The position numbers and the translations under genes are program-made. The notes under the pieces were generated by a model. It was not told where the DNA came from, ran no database searches, and worked only from the letters and a program-made list of their open reading frames with translations. Below are positions 1 to 11,537 of a stretch of 64,000 bases of DNA, in pieces. Source of the stretch: Epithemia pelagica (Eukaryota > Protista > Bacillariophyta); NCBI GenBank assembly GCA_946965045.2, contig OX337228.1:5890001-5954000 (forward strand), given 5' to 3'. Positions within the stretch are counted from its first letter, which is position 1; each line of letters opens with the position of its first letter.

Positions 1-1117
1 TGTATTTGTTTAGTAGTGTTTGAGCCACATTGCTCGAGAAATCCTCAAACTGAACAAGCACCCTTGGCCAACGAAATCGAACGGCCTCCATAAATTCGTC
101 GACCAAATGAAAGTAAGCATTTCCTTTCAATCTTTTGTTTGGAACGCCGAGATAAAATTTGTCATTAAGGAGAGTTTCGTTGTCTGTTCCGACGTCGAGG
201 AGAACTGGCAAGACACGATGGGGCGCAATCCCTCCAGCTGCGCAATACAGACTAAGTTTACCAATGGGAATACCCATCCCACTGGCACCTAAATCTCCTA
301 ATCCCAAAATTCGGCTGAAGAAAATACACCATACAGAGTAGCGTTGAGAGAAGGTCTGGAATTTCTGAATCAAGTGATTCTGTTGGATCGTACCTTCCGT
401 CTGTTACAACAATCACATGGACATCCTTATGTGGCCAATTATACACCATCGCTGCCATGTTACCACGATCTTCTTCAGTGAAATACATCCCTCTGGGTCG
501 TCTATACTGCTTTCCAAACTCCAAACATGCCTGTCCCACTGTAGGGGTGTAAATCAACGGCGCCATTTCTTCAATGTGATCGACTAATACACGGTGATAC
601 AAAGTTTCGTTGCGATCATGGAGATCCTCCAGCATGATATTCTTTCGGATTTGACTTTCTTCTTGTCGTAGAGCGCCGAGAAACTTTTCTTTTTGCATAT
701 GGATGTTCATTACTTTGGCTGGCAAAAGTCCACGAAATCGCAGTCGATCTCGTTCTCCAGATTTGAAGGCTGTGCCTTTGTTGAAGAGAGGATCGGTCAG
801 AATGTCCCGACCGCGAACCGAGATCTGAATAGGATGCATGAAACTACTCGTATGTAATGAGGACATATTGACATGGAACGTTTGTTTCCTTGGGGCAACA
901 TCTCTTACCTTCGCTTACAACCCGCCCATTCTCCAGAGTCTGGGATTCTTTCCTCTGCGATCGGATCTCCGTGGTCATCAGTGTCGCCATCGTCAGTGGT
1001 CGATCGACTGCCTGCACTCAACTGTCTCTGAAGTCTTGTCGCATGGAAGAGCGGTCCCCGAAGCCTTCCCTCTCTTGTAGCACCAGGTATTCGAGAAAGG
1101 AGGACGGTCCTGAACAT
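1..1117 (-). CDS. Malic enzyme (NAD(P)-dependent), probably mitochondrial; 3' end runs off the window
   Basis: Exons 1117-909, 843-394, 314-<1 (GT-AG introns 908-844 and 393-315 keep frame). Motifs [46 protein letters not shown] and LVQFEDF. Arg-rich N-terminus [15 protein letters not shown] resembles a mitochondrial presequence. Confidence 0.93.
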
Positions 1118-1286
1118 GTTCCTTTTTCGTCAACGGGATATTAATTATGCTTTTTGCGAGTTGTCTCACAACATATCGAGCAAAAGATTCTGTCCACACC
1201 TCCGCCGTATCTTTTGGTCGCAGAAAAAGTACGTGCACGACTGAAACTTTCGCGCTCATCTTGATGTCTTCTATCTTCTCCAACCA

Positions 1287-2012
1287 ATGACGATGTGGAC
1301 AGAAACAAGTTTTGCGTCCGAAGCCAAAGCCCTCATCGGTGACAATGCACGAAGAATCGACTCTTCTTCTCTTTATGATGATGATGATTTTCTTTCAGAT
1401 TGGGAGCTCAATGAAAAGGAGGGGTTGTCTGAATTGACAACCTCGTTCATTCGGGTGGACCGAAGCTGCTCGGATGGGAACAGCGATTCGCCCGATCATG
1501 ACGGTAACATTCTCCAGGACGATCATGTTGTTGTGATACCCCAACGAAACGATTCGGATGAAATGGAGCTCTGCTGGCGGCTAAGCATTGTCTATCGAGA
1601 TACATGGCAGTGTCCAGTTCTTTATTTCCGTGTCGAACACTTGTACGGATCACTAGTACTGTCTCATGAGTCCGTTATCGAGATGCTCCGTCGCCACCAT
1701 CATCAGAATCACGTTGAAGATCCATGGGAGTTTGTTTCTCTCGATGAACATCCTATTCACAACACACCCTTCTTCTTTCTTCATCCATGCCAAACCGAGG
1801 CCCGACTAAGGCTACTGACTACGAATAGACAAAAAGAAACCAATCCACCAGGTGCTCTACTGCTAAGTTGGATGTCCATGATACTCCCATCTATAGGAAT
1901 GTCAATAAATGCACGAACGTTTGCGTCGATTCGACTGAGGCTCTTTGACCGCAATGGTGTTAGCTCAGATGCGTTGGTCCTTTCACAGTCCGAGGAAAGT
2001 AAAAATACTTGA
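1287..2012 (+). CDS. ATG10: Autophagy E2-like conjugating enzyme ATG10
   Basis: Single ORF with WQCPVLYFR, SLDEHPIHNTPFFFLHPCQT (catalytic-Cys HPC motif) and LSWMSMILPSIG. Confidence 0.85.
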   Translation: MTMWTETSFASEAKALIGDNARRIDSSSLYDDDDFLSDWELNEKEGLSELTTSFIRVDRSCSDGNSDSPDHDGNILQDDHVVVIPQRNDSDEMELCWRLSIVYRDTWQCPVLYFRVEHLYGSLVLSHESVIEMLRRHHHQNHVEDPWEFVSLDEHPIHNTPFFFLHPCQTEARLRLLTTNRQKETNPPGALLLSWMSMILPSIGMSINARTFASIRLRLFDRNGVSSDALVLSQSEESKNT

Positions 2013-2142
2013 AGTTTATCGGTAAACTGACCCTGAAGAATATATGTCGCATGTAATCTATTCGAAGTCCATCATTGTCGTCCTGCATAGTTTTCCAATG
2101 CACTTATTGGGGAAAATGTGGTATGAGTGTTGCATGAGGCCA

Positions 2143-3927
2143 TCAACTTTCATTCGCAGTCTTGAGGCGAAGCTCTTCTGGAAGTTCTTGCTCCTCCAGC
2201 CATTCCCCAAAATCTTCTTGGCGTTTCTGCATTTCCAATTCTATTTCCTTCTGACTACTCATATGCATGGTATAGTCTGTGATGCCGTCCCAATACCCAA
2301 CCCGTAATCGCCTGTTTCCATTCGATGCCACGGTTTCTGTCTTTGTCTTCCAATCTCGTCCGTTCAAGGATCGAACCGCTTCACTGGCCGAACCGGGGGT
2401 CGTAAATTTGACAATCACGACTCCATCAGGATTCTTTTCAAACATTGTGATCTTCTCTACGACCCCAAACTTGGAGCATTCGGCATGTAATTCGTTGTGT
2501 AGGGTTTCCATTTTCGTATCGTTCATGGATTCCACAGTTGGGTCGAAAAGATTCTTAATGACAATAATCCGAAGTCCTTTCCGTCCTCCCGATATTCTTC
2601 CGTTAACTTCTCCTTCATCCCAATCTCTTGCCTGGATAGCCGCAAGTTTTGCAACTTGTCGCTTGACGTTTGACACACGTTTCGTTCCTTTGGATGCATC
2701 GAAGGATGTACCATGCTGTTCGAACTTTGCGGGTTGAACTTTCATTAAAAGAGAAGAATTTGTGTCCTTGGTGTTGTCCATAATCACTGAAGGTCGGAGT
2801 GGTGTTTCATCCAGCAGGGTGATTGCCAACTGGACCGATTCAGGTCGAGCGTAACAAATGGAGGCATCTCCTTTGGCTTGACCTTTGGCTGTGCCGTCTT
2901 TATGGGTATAAACTTTTATTTTGGGAAGCTGGTTTTCCGGATCGAGATCAATGATGCCCGCCTTGGAAAATACACGTTGAAGCTCCTCCATGGTACAGTC
3001 TACGGGTAAACCCGTGATGTAGATCCAGCATTTGGAGTGTTTGGCCGAAAACTTGGGTCGCTTGCGCTTCTTAAGATTTTCGCGATTCTGCACCAAGGCT
3101 TTGTTCGAAAGAGACTCGTGCTTTTGGGTTTTGGTATTGAATGATACCTTGTCGTCTTGTGGTTGTCCCAGCATGGTTGTTTCATCGTTTTGTGTTTCAT
3201 CAGTGCCCTCCTCAACATCGTCGCCTCCCTCCTCGGTGGTAAGGGAGTGAGCCGTTGAAGACAAGAACGATTCGAGTTCATCCAGTATGGTATCTTTCGA
3301 AGCTTTCTTGCTGGTTTCCAAATTAGACACAATTGGGGTGTCTCCTGGAAATGGTCGTTCTTCGGTTTGCACTGAAGTAGAAGAGGGGATCGGTGCTGAA
3401 TCGTGCCGAAAGGCGTCCAGTGCACACAGCAGATTGGGAAATGCAGATATGGAGTCCCATTGTCCAGTCGTTTCAGAGTATACCCTTGTTTTTCCTCCTT
3501 TCAAGGAAAGCTTACTTTGGTTCACCAAGGACGCCATGTATCGACAAGAAACAGGGCCTTCAACAGGTGCGGAAGAAGAGAGCGTCATGTTTTGATAGTA
3601 CCACACAGCAACTGCCTCTTTCAACACATCCAGTGTTCGTGCAGGCTTCCACCCTTCGGATGAATAACTTCCATCCGCCTCAATGGCAAGCAGCTGGGAA
3701 TTTGGGGAGACGACTTTCATGGACGACGACGCCGTTTGGCTGCCTGGTTCCTCGGACGGTGTTGAGGTCGGTTCGGACAAAGGAGGGCAGAGAATTCGAC
3801 ACAACTGACGAAGAGTCCATCGATTGGACAATACTTCGCCGGTGATTGCATTTTGACACAGAAATTGTTGGTTGTCCAGTATTGAATAGCCAATGGTGCT
3901 GGACGATGCTTCTTTGTTCTTTGCCAT
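2143..3927 (-). CDS. HTATSF1: HTATSF1/Cus2-like splicing factor (RRM + UHM) with N-terminal GYF_2-like region
   Basis: WIYITGLP, FSKAGIIDLD, KIKVY, KGDASICY and VQPAKFEQ; second domain IIVIKNLFDP, ECSKFGVVEKITMFEKNPDGVVIVKF and YWDG. Confidence 0.88.
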   Translation of the reverse strand: MAKNKEASSSTIGYSILDNQQFLCQNAITGEVLSNRWTLRQLCRILCPPLSEPTSTPSEEPGSQTASSSMKVVSPNSQLLAIEADGSYSSEGWKPARTLDVLKEAVAVWYYQNMTLSSSAPVEGPVSCRYMASLVNQSKLSLKGGKTRVYSETTGQWDSISAFPNLLCALDAFRHDSAPIPSSTSVQTEERPFPGDTPIVSNLETSKKASKDTILDELESFLSSTAHSLTTEEGGDDVEEGTDETQNDETTMLGQPQDDKVSFNTKTQKHESLSNKALVQNRENLKKRKRPKFSAKHSKCWIYITGLPVDCTMEELQRVFSKAGIIDLDPENQLPKIKVYTHKDGTAKGQAKGDASICYARPESVQLAITLLDETPLRPSVIMDNTKDTNSSLLMKVQPAKFEQHGTSFDASKGTKRVSNVKRQVAKLAAIQARDWDEGEVNGRISGGRKGLRIIVIKNLFDPTVESMNDTKMETLHNELHAECSKFGVVEKITMFEKNPDGVVIVKFTTPGSASEAVRSLNGRDWKTKTETVASNGNRRLRVGYWDGITDYTMHMSSQKEIELEMQKRQEDFGEWLEEQELPEELRLKTANES

Positions 3928-4184
3928 TGTCTATCGTCTTGCATCAATTGTCGACGACGTTGGAGGTTGGAGGAGCCGTCTTTGTCTCCGTTGGGTGGTC
4001 CGCTTCGTTCTCCCCGAAAAATTTCACTTTGAATTTAAAATTTGAAATAGTACTCCTCATACTTTGAGCCATTTTTTGTTCAGATCACTCTATTCTGCTC
4101 CATTTGACATCGCGAAGATGTAATCGCTACGATAGTTGCAAGTTGCAAACCATGCCGTAACCTGAACACGAGGGGACAAGAATC

Positions 4185-6216
4185 ATGAGAGAGCAAACGA
4201 CCAAAAAGAGGCCGAGCTTGTGGCGGCGTCTACTTCTGAGACCCTCGTATTGGGTAGCCCTGGCAAGCGTTCTCGTGTACTGGGATGACAACGCGCTGCA
4301 TGGAAGTTTTATCTATGACGACGATGGTGAGCCAATACACGACAATGTGAGAGTCTAATTTTTCATACGGCCGTCTAATCCAATCGTTCACTTCTCCTGA
4401 CATTACTTGTGTGTCGTCACCACCAGGATCGATTCGAACGAATCCTGTTGTCAACGGGAAAGTTCCATGGACCGATGTTTTCAACCGAGATTTTTGGGGC
4501 ACCCCAATGATCAACGTACAATCACATAAATCTTTTCGACCCATAACCACCTTATCGTTTAAGCTGAATTGGATTCTTTTTCCGCCGCCAGAGACTGAGC
4601 CTTTTCCAGGGTCGGATCGGTCTGTCGGGACGTACAGTTTTCATGTTGCCAATCTTTTATCGCATGGATTTGTATCGGGGCTTGTCACAGAAGCTGCTGG
4701 TTTTGTGTTCCATGGCGGCAAAATGGAAGATTCTATTGCACAGATTGTAACTGGATTCTTGTTTGGTTTGCATCCAGTACATGCTGAGGCCGTCAGCAAC
4801 ATTACCAGTCGCGGTGAAATGTTGATGTCCTGTTTCTTTCTTTTGGCCTTTCTTTCGTATTCAAGCCAAATATGTACTCGAACAGGCAAACCCCGTCGTG
4901 GTGTAATGTCCTTTCTTGCAATCTACGTCTTTCCTTGGATTGCCATGACGCTGTCTTTATTCAGTAAGGAACAGGGCGGATCCACTTTGATTACACTTGT
5001 TGTCTATGACTTTCTTCACAACTATTTCTCGGTTGTCGATTTGGTCAAATCAATAATGAGAAGGGAGAAGGCGGCGTTGTCGTTTGTTCGAAGAACCTTT
5101 GTTCTTGCTATAGAAACTTTGGTGATCTGTGGGTGGCGTTATTGGTTGAATGGAGAAACGAAACCTGATTTCATTTTTGATCAAAATCCAGCAGGATTTG
5201 CTCCCGACAGATTCACGCGAGCCTTCTCTGTCACCTGGGTTTATTGTTTGTACATATGGGATGCCATATATCCCCGCTATCTTTCGGTTGATTGGTCGGG
5301 ACAAAGTATTCCTCTGATCACAGAGATTGGGGATGCACGAGCCCTTGGAGTTTTGGCTCTCTGGGGTTTTGCCTTTCTTTGTCTTCTCTCCATAATTTTT
5401 GGATTGCCTTCAAGCGTATCTCAAAGCACCCGCTACTACCGAACCACAACATTGATTAGTTTTGTTGGGTTTCTTTTTTGTCCATTCCTACTTTCCTCGA
5501 ATATTTTCGTTGTTGTTGGCTTGATGAAAGCCGACAGAGTCATTTACCTTCCTTTGGCGGGCTTCTGCATGCTGGAGGCTCAGCTTGTTCGTTATCTGTG
5601 TTCGCCGTCTACGTCAATGTCCGCTTCTGGAAATGTGAAATGGAAGTGGTTTTCTCTCACGAAGATTTGCAATGGTTTAGTGTTGGTGCAGACTCTCCTT
5701 TTGTCTCGCAAGGTCCATGAAAGAAACATTTCCTGGCAGAGCCCCGAGCGCCTATGGACCTCTGCCTATAAGGTCAATCCCAAGAGCCATCACACGATGT
5801 ACAACTGTGGATACAATTTGTCGTTGATGGGGCGCTATGTCGAAGCAGAGTACGTTCTGCGCAAGATTAGTGACCCCGAGGCTGATGGCCCAACAACAAC
5901 GTTTGTCTATACGATGGTCTTGCAGAATCTTGGACGTTGTGATGAGGCTCGGCTTTTGATTGACAAAGCCATGGTAGTGTTGGAAGAGCAGAAAAGGAAA
6001 GGTGGTGTACGCAACACTGTGCAGTCCCTAAAGCGAGCTAAAAGCAACTTGTTAGTGGCAAGAGGCTTCTGCACCAAGGACATTCCTGAAAGAGCAAAGA
6101 TCTTCTTGGAGTCTGTGGAAGTCGACCCGTCGAACAATTTTGCTGTTGATTCTGCAACAGCATTGAACGAGCTGATAGGGAAAATGAAACAACAGGGATC
6201 TAAGGTACATCTATAA
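4185..6216 (+). CDS. TMTC-family protein O-mannosyltransferase-like membrane protein (DUF1736 + TPR)
   Basis: Exons 4185-4326 and 4427-6216 (100-nt intron). FIYDDDGSIRTNP, DFWG, SHKSFRPITTLSF, LHPVHAEAV, DQNPA, LSVDWS and ADRVIYLP. Confidence 0.88.
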
Positions 6217-6302
6217 AAAACGAACCTCAAGTGTATCTTTGCTCATGTGATGACAACTTCATTCGCATGCCCCAAAACGATATTCCAAGAAACACACACG
6301 AA

Positions 6303-7947
6303 CTACATGTCGACATGTTCATGCCACTCTTGAACAAGTTCATGTGCTTTCGCATTGTCATCCATCCCCTGCCACTTGATCAATTGCTGTCCCTGTGCCT
6401 TTTTTCGAATCCGATACAACACAGCTGCCATTACAAGCAAAAGGCCAAAGAATCCAGTGGCCGTTACCTTGTGACCATATAGGACGCAAGATAAGGCAAT
6501 GCTCAATAGAATTCGAGTTGTCATGATCAACGTAAAGACAACGGCCCCGAAATTCTTGATAGTGTAGAAAATAAAAAGTTGCCCAATGGTAGAACAGACT
6601 GAAAACAAAAGAAAATGCCAATGGATCTCTGAATGTTGCATAGCGAATTCCATTGCCGGATAAAGTTCTTTTGTATGGACCAGCGTTACGAATGACAACA
6701 CTGTCGAAAATGCCGAAGTTGCGAACATCATCTCGACCATGCTTAGATCGCGATGACGCTGAAACATTCGACTTTGAAACTGACTGGTGAAGCTATCAAA
6801 GAACAAGAAAAGAAACAGGAGCATGATTCCAGTCCATGCACCGCTAACTTCAACTCCATATGCGTCAATGTCAAAGCGTAGGCCATCCGTGGACGTCATG
6901 AACATAGTGATCCCAGCTCCGATCAACAGCGCAACAATGTAGTCATATTGAGGATAGGATTTATTACCCAACAGCTTTCCCATCAACATTACCGGAGCCA
7001 GTTTGAACGACTTGAACAGCGTGGTTGCAGGAAATGAAACGTATCGTAGTGCTTCGTACTGACACCAACTGCTCAACATGTTTGAAATACTTGGAAAGGA
7101 ATACTCGTAGATCACTGTTGTCCGACTGCGGCGTGGTTTCATGTAAACGAGGAGCATGGTTGACATTATAAGTGTCCAGAATCGATTTGTAAACACTAAA
7201 GCGTAGGAGTAAGTAAAATACTCCCCATTCTCGGATTTTCGAGGGTACTTTCGCGTTAGCATACGCTCCTGTTGTTGAAAAACCGTTTAGATTGAGTACT
7301 TCTCTGAAAGGATACAAAACGAGACGATCGACCGGACTTACTTGTATTGCTCCCCAAGTGATAAATGTAAGATTGAGCATAAGAGAGCAGAAAAGAAGTC
7401 GCCGTAGTACTTGTACTCTCGACAGACTTTCCTGATTAAATTCTTCCAGGAAGAAACTTGTTCTCTTCCTCGCCGGTGCTCGTCGCAAAGCTTTAGTTTC
7501 TTCTTCATCATCGCTATCCAGAACTTCTGATTCGTCTTCTATATCGCCATCGTCCTCGGCATCTGAGCCATAATATTCCATTTCTTCCTCCTTGGCGATT
7601 TCTGCCATTCGATAGCTGTATGATCGTGATCGTTGTACTGACGGCTCAGAACGCTGCAAGGATTCTGGAAAGTAAATTTTTGCAACAATAGTTGCAATTA
7701 TTACCATTGCCACATATAGAAGGAAATTGGTAGCCAAAAGGTAGAGCTCCGCTTCCGCAGCTTGGGAGAGGAGGGGTTTGGACGATGGATCAGTAACATC
7801 TACGGTTGTCTCATTGATGTTAGATCCCCCTTGATCTGAAGATGCGGTCACTAGTAGACCATCATCATCTCCCAATACATCAATAAGGTATCTCATCATC
7901 TGACGCGGGTCAGTTTCAGTTGCGAGCGTTACGAAATCCATTGTCAT
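6303..7947 (-). CDS. PAPS transporter 1 (SLC35B2-like, UAA family) with long N-terminal extension
   Basis: Exons 7947-7342 and 7268-6303 (intron 7341-7269). WGAIQERMLT, LVFTNRF, QYEALRYVSFP, KSFKLAPVMLMG, FFDSFTSQFQ, GQLFIFYTIKNFGA and TTRILLSI. Confidence 0.88.
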
Positions 7948-8052
7948 GCACTCCTATTGCTTTGGTCGTACGATGATAGGATCGTGACTCTCGTTGTCGC
8001 TGTGAATTGTGAGCATATTCCCATCTTCCATCCCATGTCCGGGGGAGATCTG

Positions 8053-8088
8053 TCCCCCATTTGCCTGGGGTCCCCCATTTGCCTGGGG
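8053..8088. repeat. Perfect 18-bp tandem duplication TCCCCCATTTGCCTGGGG x2 in the PAPST/Lhcf divergent promoter
   Basis: Copies read directly at 8053-8070 and 8071-8088. Confidence 0.9.
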
Positions 8089-8215
8089 GTGGGCGCAGAA
8101 AACCAAAGAGTCATTCCAGTCGCGTAAACCAACAAAGAATCCAGAACTTTTTGTTGAACCTAAAAGATTGGTCCAAACTGGTCACATAACCGACTGATCT
8201 TTGCAAAAGATAACC

Positions 8216-8821
8216 ATGAAGTCTGCTGTGTTCGCCTCCCTCGTTGCTTCGGCCGCTGCTTTCGCCCCCGCCTCGCAAAAGGCGTCTTCGTCTGCTCTTA
8301 AGGCTTTCGAAGACGAGCTTGGTGCCCAGCCTCCTTTAGGACTTTTCGATCCCCTTGGCCTTGTTGCCGACGGTGACCAAGAAAAGTTCAACCGTCTTCG
8401 ATACGTCGAAATCAAGCATGGACGTATCTCCATGCTTGCCGTCGTTGGATACCTTGTCCAAGAAGCCGGTTATCGCCTCGGTGGAACCATTGATCTTTCC
8501 GGAAAGACCTTCGCCGATATCCCCAACGGATTCGCCGCCTTCAAGGAAATCCCTGCCGGTGGACTTTGCCAACTTCTTTTCTTCATCGGCTTTTTGGAGA
8601 CCACCATCATGAAGGATGTCACTGGCACCAACGAATTCCCCGGTGACTTCCGTAACATGAACCCCGAGGGTGGCCTTGACTTCGGCTGGGATACTTTCAC
8701 CGAAGAAGAAAAGCTTGAAAAGCGTGGAATCGAATTGAACAACGGCCGTGCTGCCATGATGGGTATTCTTGCCCTTATGGTCCACGAACAATTGGGAGTG
8801 TCTCTTATCCCCGAAGCATAG
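8216..8821 (+). CDS. LHCF: Fucoxanthin-chlorophyll a/c binding protein, Lhcf type
   Basis: MKSAVFASLVASAAAFAP presequence; ELGAQPPLGLFDPLGL, RLRYVEIKHGRISMLA and ELNNGRAAMMGI. Confidence 0.97.
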   Translation: MKSAVFASLVASAAAFAPASQKASSSALKAFEDELGAQPPLGLFDPLGLVADGDQEKFNRLRYVEIKHGRISMLAVVGYLVQEAGYRLGGTIDLSGKTFADIPNGFAAFKEIPAGGLCQLLFFIGFLETTIMKDVTGTNEFPGDFRNMNPEGGLDFGWDTFTEEEKLEKRGIELNNGRAAMMGILALMVHEQLGVSLIPEA

Positions 8822-9124
8822 ACTTGACGTTATTTCGTCGAGATCATCAAGATCTAGATAGGTTGATGTAATCTTAGAAAATGGCTTTCATACAGGTTAT
8901 AAAATAAAGAACCTACCGACGTCCATGATCACTTTCTTTCTTTCCTTGAGCTGTTCCGATAGAAGTCGAAATCTCTAGGATCCAGGAGTAGTGCTTACCA
9001 TAGAACCATAGGAACCGTAGGATATGGGACAACTCGGAACCTGGCGAGATGTAATTTCAGTCGTCATTCTACAGATCCATGACACGCCGTTGTCACCAAA
9101 AGCGCAGCAAATGGAAAATGGAAC

Positions 9125-10210
9125 ATGACCAGTGAACAGATGGACCGCCCTTTTCGTTTCATTGAAGTTCATGGCCAAGAGGACGACGCTCCGGATTCTC
9201 GTGATCCTTATGTGGAAGCCTATATTGCGTCCGTGGAAGCTCAACGATGTGGATTGCTGGTAAAGGAAATCACAAACGGTCTGCCAGTAAACAAGCAGCT
9301 GTCTCATTTGAAACGTGTGCGACGTCGCTTGAACCAGGATGAAGACAAGACAAATTCGTCAGACAAGCAAATAAATGAGGCTGTCACTAAGCGTCGCAAA
9401 ACAACGGCCGTACCCCAGGCGTTCTTAATGACTTTGGACATTCTAATGGGACCTTGTTTGGTCGTGGACCAGCACCTGAGCAGCGATCCCACTTCGAATG
9501 GAAAAACGACCGAAAGCATTCTAGCTGATAGGTTCAAAGTGCACGCCGTTTTTCGCGAAAGAGTGCCTCGACGACCGGCCGAATGTCGAGCGGAATGGGA
9601 GGAGTTCGATGCCATTTGGCCAACCAACTTTTATCCGCTCAAGACACTCGAACACAAAGTAAAGCAACTCGAACTTTCCAAGAATGAGATAGATCAAATG
9701 ATCGTTGGTGTCAATGCTGCTATTGCTGATGCAAACGAAGAATCAAACCAAGAGTTGACGGCACCTGGTGCAGTTGTTGTTCAAAATACAACCAGTGACA
9801 TTTTATCGAGAGCTTCCAGCGAACGGATTCTGCAGAAAAGATCGAACCTTTTCAATCCTCTACAAACTTCAATTTTGCTTGCTATACAGGGAGTGAGCCG
9901 AACGGAACGTCAAGTGGCCACTGGAACGGGTATGGATAGCAATACGTTCCAGAAAGGACAATATCTATGCACAGGATGCACTCTCTACACAACCAGAGAA
10001 CCAACTCTTTTCGAAGCTATGGCGCTGGTCCACGCTCGGATAAGCCAAGTTGTGTTCATGAAGGACGATGCGTGTAAGGCTTCCTACGTCAAAGGACTGA
10101 CTGAGAAATGCGTCCACAACTTGCCAGGCACAAATCACAAATATCGCGCATTCCAATGCGAAAGTGTCACGAGCAAAGAAAAGGAAGTTGAAACTCCAGT
10201 ATGTGAATAA
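9125..10210 (+). CDS. ADAT3: tRNA-specific adenosine deaminase subunit 3 (ADAT3/Tad3)
   Basis: LSHLKRVRR, WPTNF, YLCTGCTLYTTREPTLFEAMALVHARISQVVF and NHKYRAF. Confidence 0.85.
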   Translation: MTSEQMDRPFRFIEVHGQEDDAPDSRDPYVEAYIASVEAQRCGLLVKEITNGLPVNKQLSHLKRVRRRLNQDEDKTNSSDKQINEAVTKRRKTTAVPQAFLMTLDILMGPCLVVDQHLSSDPTSNGKTTESILADRFKVHAVFRERVPRRPAECRAEWEEFDAIWPTNFYPLKTLEHKVKQLELSKNEIDQMIVGVNAAIADANEESNQELTAPGAVVVQNTTSDILSRASSERILQKRSNLFNPLQTSILLAIQGVSRTERQVATGTGMDSNTFQKGQYLCTGCTLYTTREPTLFEAMALVHARISQVVFMKDDACKASYVKGLTEKCVHNLPGTNHKYRAFQCESVTSKEKEVETPVCE

Positions 10211-10261
10211 AACAAACCTTATGGATCCATCAAACATGTACCCGACACCCTAAACATCGGT

Positions 10262-11121
10262 TCAACCAATCACCGCATCAGGTTCGTCATGATATTCCTC
10301 TGGTGGATCGTATACTGTTTCTTCGATGGTCTTGGAGTTATCCAGATTTACAGTTGTCCTTGTAATCTTAGTTGTGCCGTCGGGGAGGATGGTTTCTGTT
10401 TCAGTGATTGTTCCTGGTTGGAATGGCTCTCGAGCCGCTCCACCAAGTTCGCTTGTGAAGGGTTCCACCGACGGGGGCACATAGAAAGCGACGATGCCAC
10501 ACGCCAAAGCGACAAGTACAGCTGCAATCGACATTCCAGCTCCCCAGTAAAACTTGCAGTCATAGTCATTGCATAGGTCTGAAGAAAATACAAGGAAAGT
10601 AAAAACTTGACACGCACTCCCAATCAACATCATGATTCCCGTGATCCTCACCATTGGCAAGGAGAACTGAATGCAACAGGTGGACAAAAGCACAATCATG
10701 GCAATTCCAACAAAAACATTCGCAGCCACGGCAAAGCTTCGAGCAGATTTGAAAGTAGAATCCAGTTTATCCATCTGTTCGTCCGAATATGTGTAGCAAA
10801 CCCAGTTGAAACCGCTGTCCCGGTTTTCGGCTCCGTCCTCGTAGCTGAACAAACCAAATCCAGCGCTGTAATCGTCAAAAAGTTCGCCTTTACTATTTTC
10901 CTTTGCAGAAAATGTTGCATCAACGTCGACGAAATAGCAACCCCAGGACGCACTAATGGTGAACAGGTACGCGCTGATGGACATGATGAACAGGTAAATT
11001 GACCTTTGTCCATGTGGAAATGTGCTAGTAGAGACGGGAGTAACGGCATGTGAGTCCCTGACATAGCTTATCAACCTCTAGAAAAGACGTGGTGGACTTA
11101 CCAGCATCCTTGAATAATCAT
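10262..11121 (-). CDS. Hypothetical four-pass membrane protein (claudin/tetraspan-like layout) with acidic cytoplasmic tail
   Basis: Proposed exons 11121-11102 and 11024-10262 (77-nt intron, in frame, giving MIIQGCCTFP). Four hydrophobic segments, Cys pairs in loops, tail ending TTVNLDNSKTIEETV. The start is a model, not certain. Confidence 0.6.
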
Positions 11122-11537
11122 GGTGGTAATGGTCTACAATTCAAAGCTTGTCGTTGGGTCTTCGTCGAAGGTTTTGTGTTGTTGGTTGTCTTTTTCTTTT
11201 CTTCAGGCAAGACCAACGAATCTTTGATTGCTGGATGGGGTGGTGTAGACAAATCCCAAGCGCTGTCGATAATGGAAATGCATTGAATCACTGTTTTGGT
11301 TCGATGAATGAACACCTGGAGAGTCAAGAATGGGTCAGGAGAAGTCTTGACCCAACCATCAACTGGCATTCGACTGCGGAAGCACGATAGTGCTCCTTAC
11401 AGTAGGTTCTCCTATCTGGTGTACTGTAAAAATTTTGTTGGGGGAGTTCAAACTCGGAACCTGCAGTCGCTTGAAGCTCGCCTCTAGAGGTAATACACAC
11501 GAAAAAATGCGCCATACCTAATAGCCATTTCTGATCT

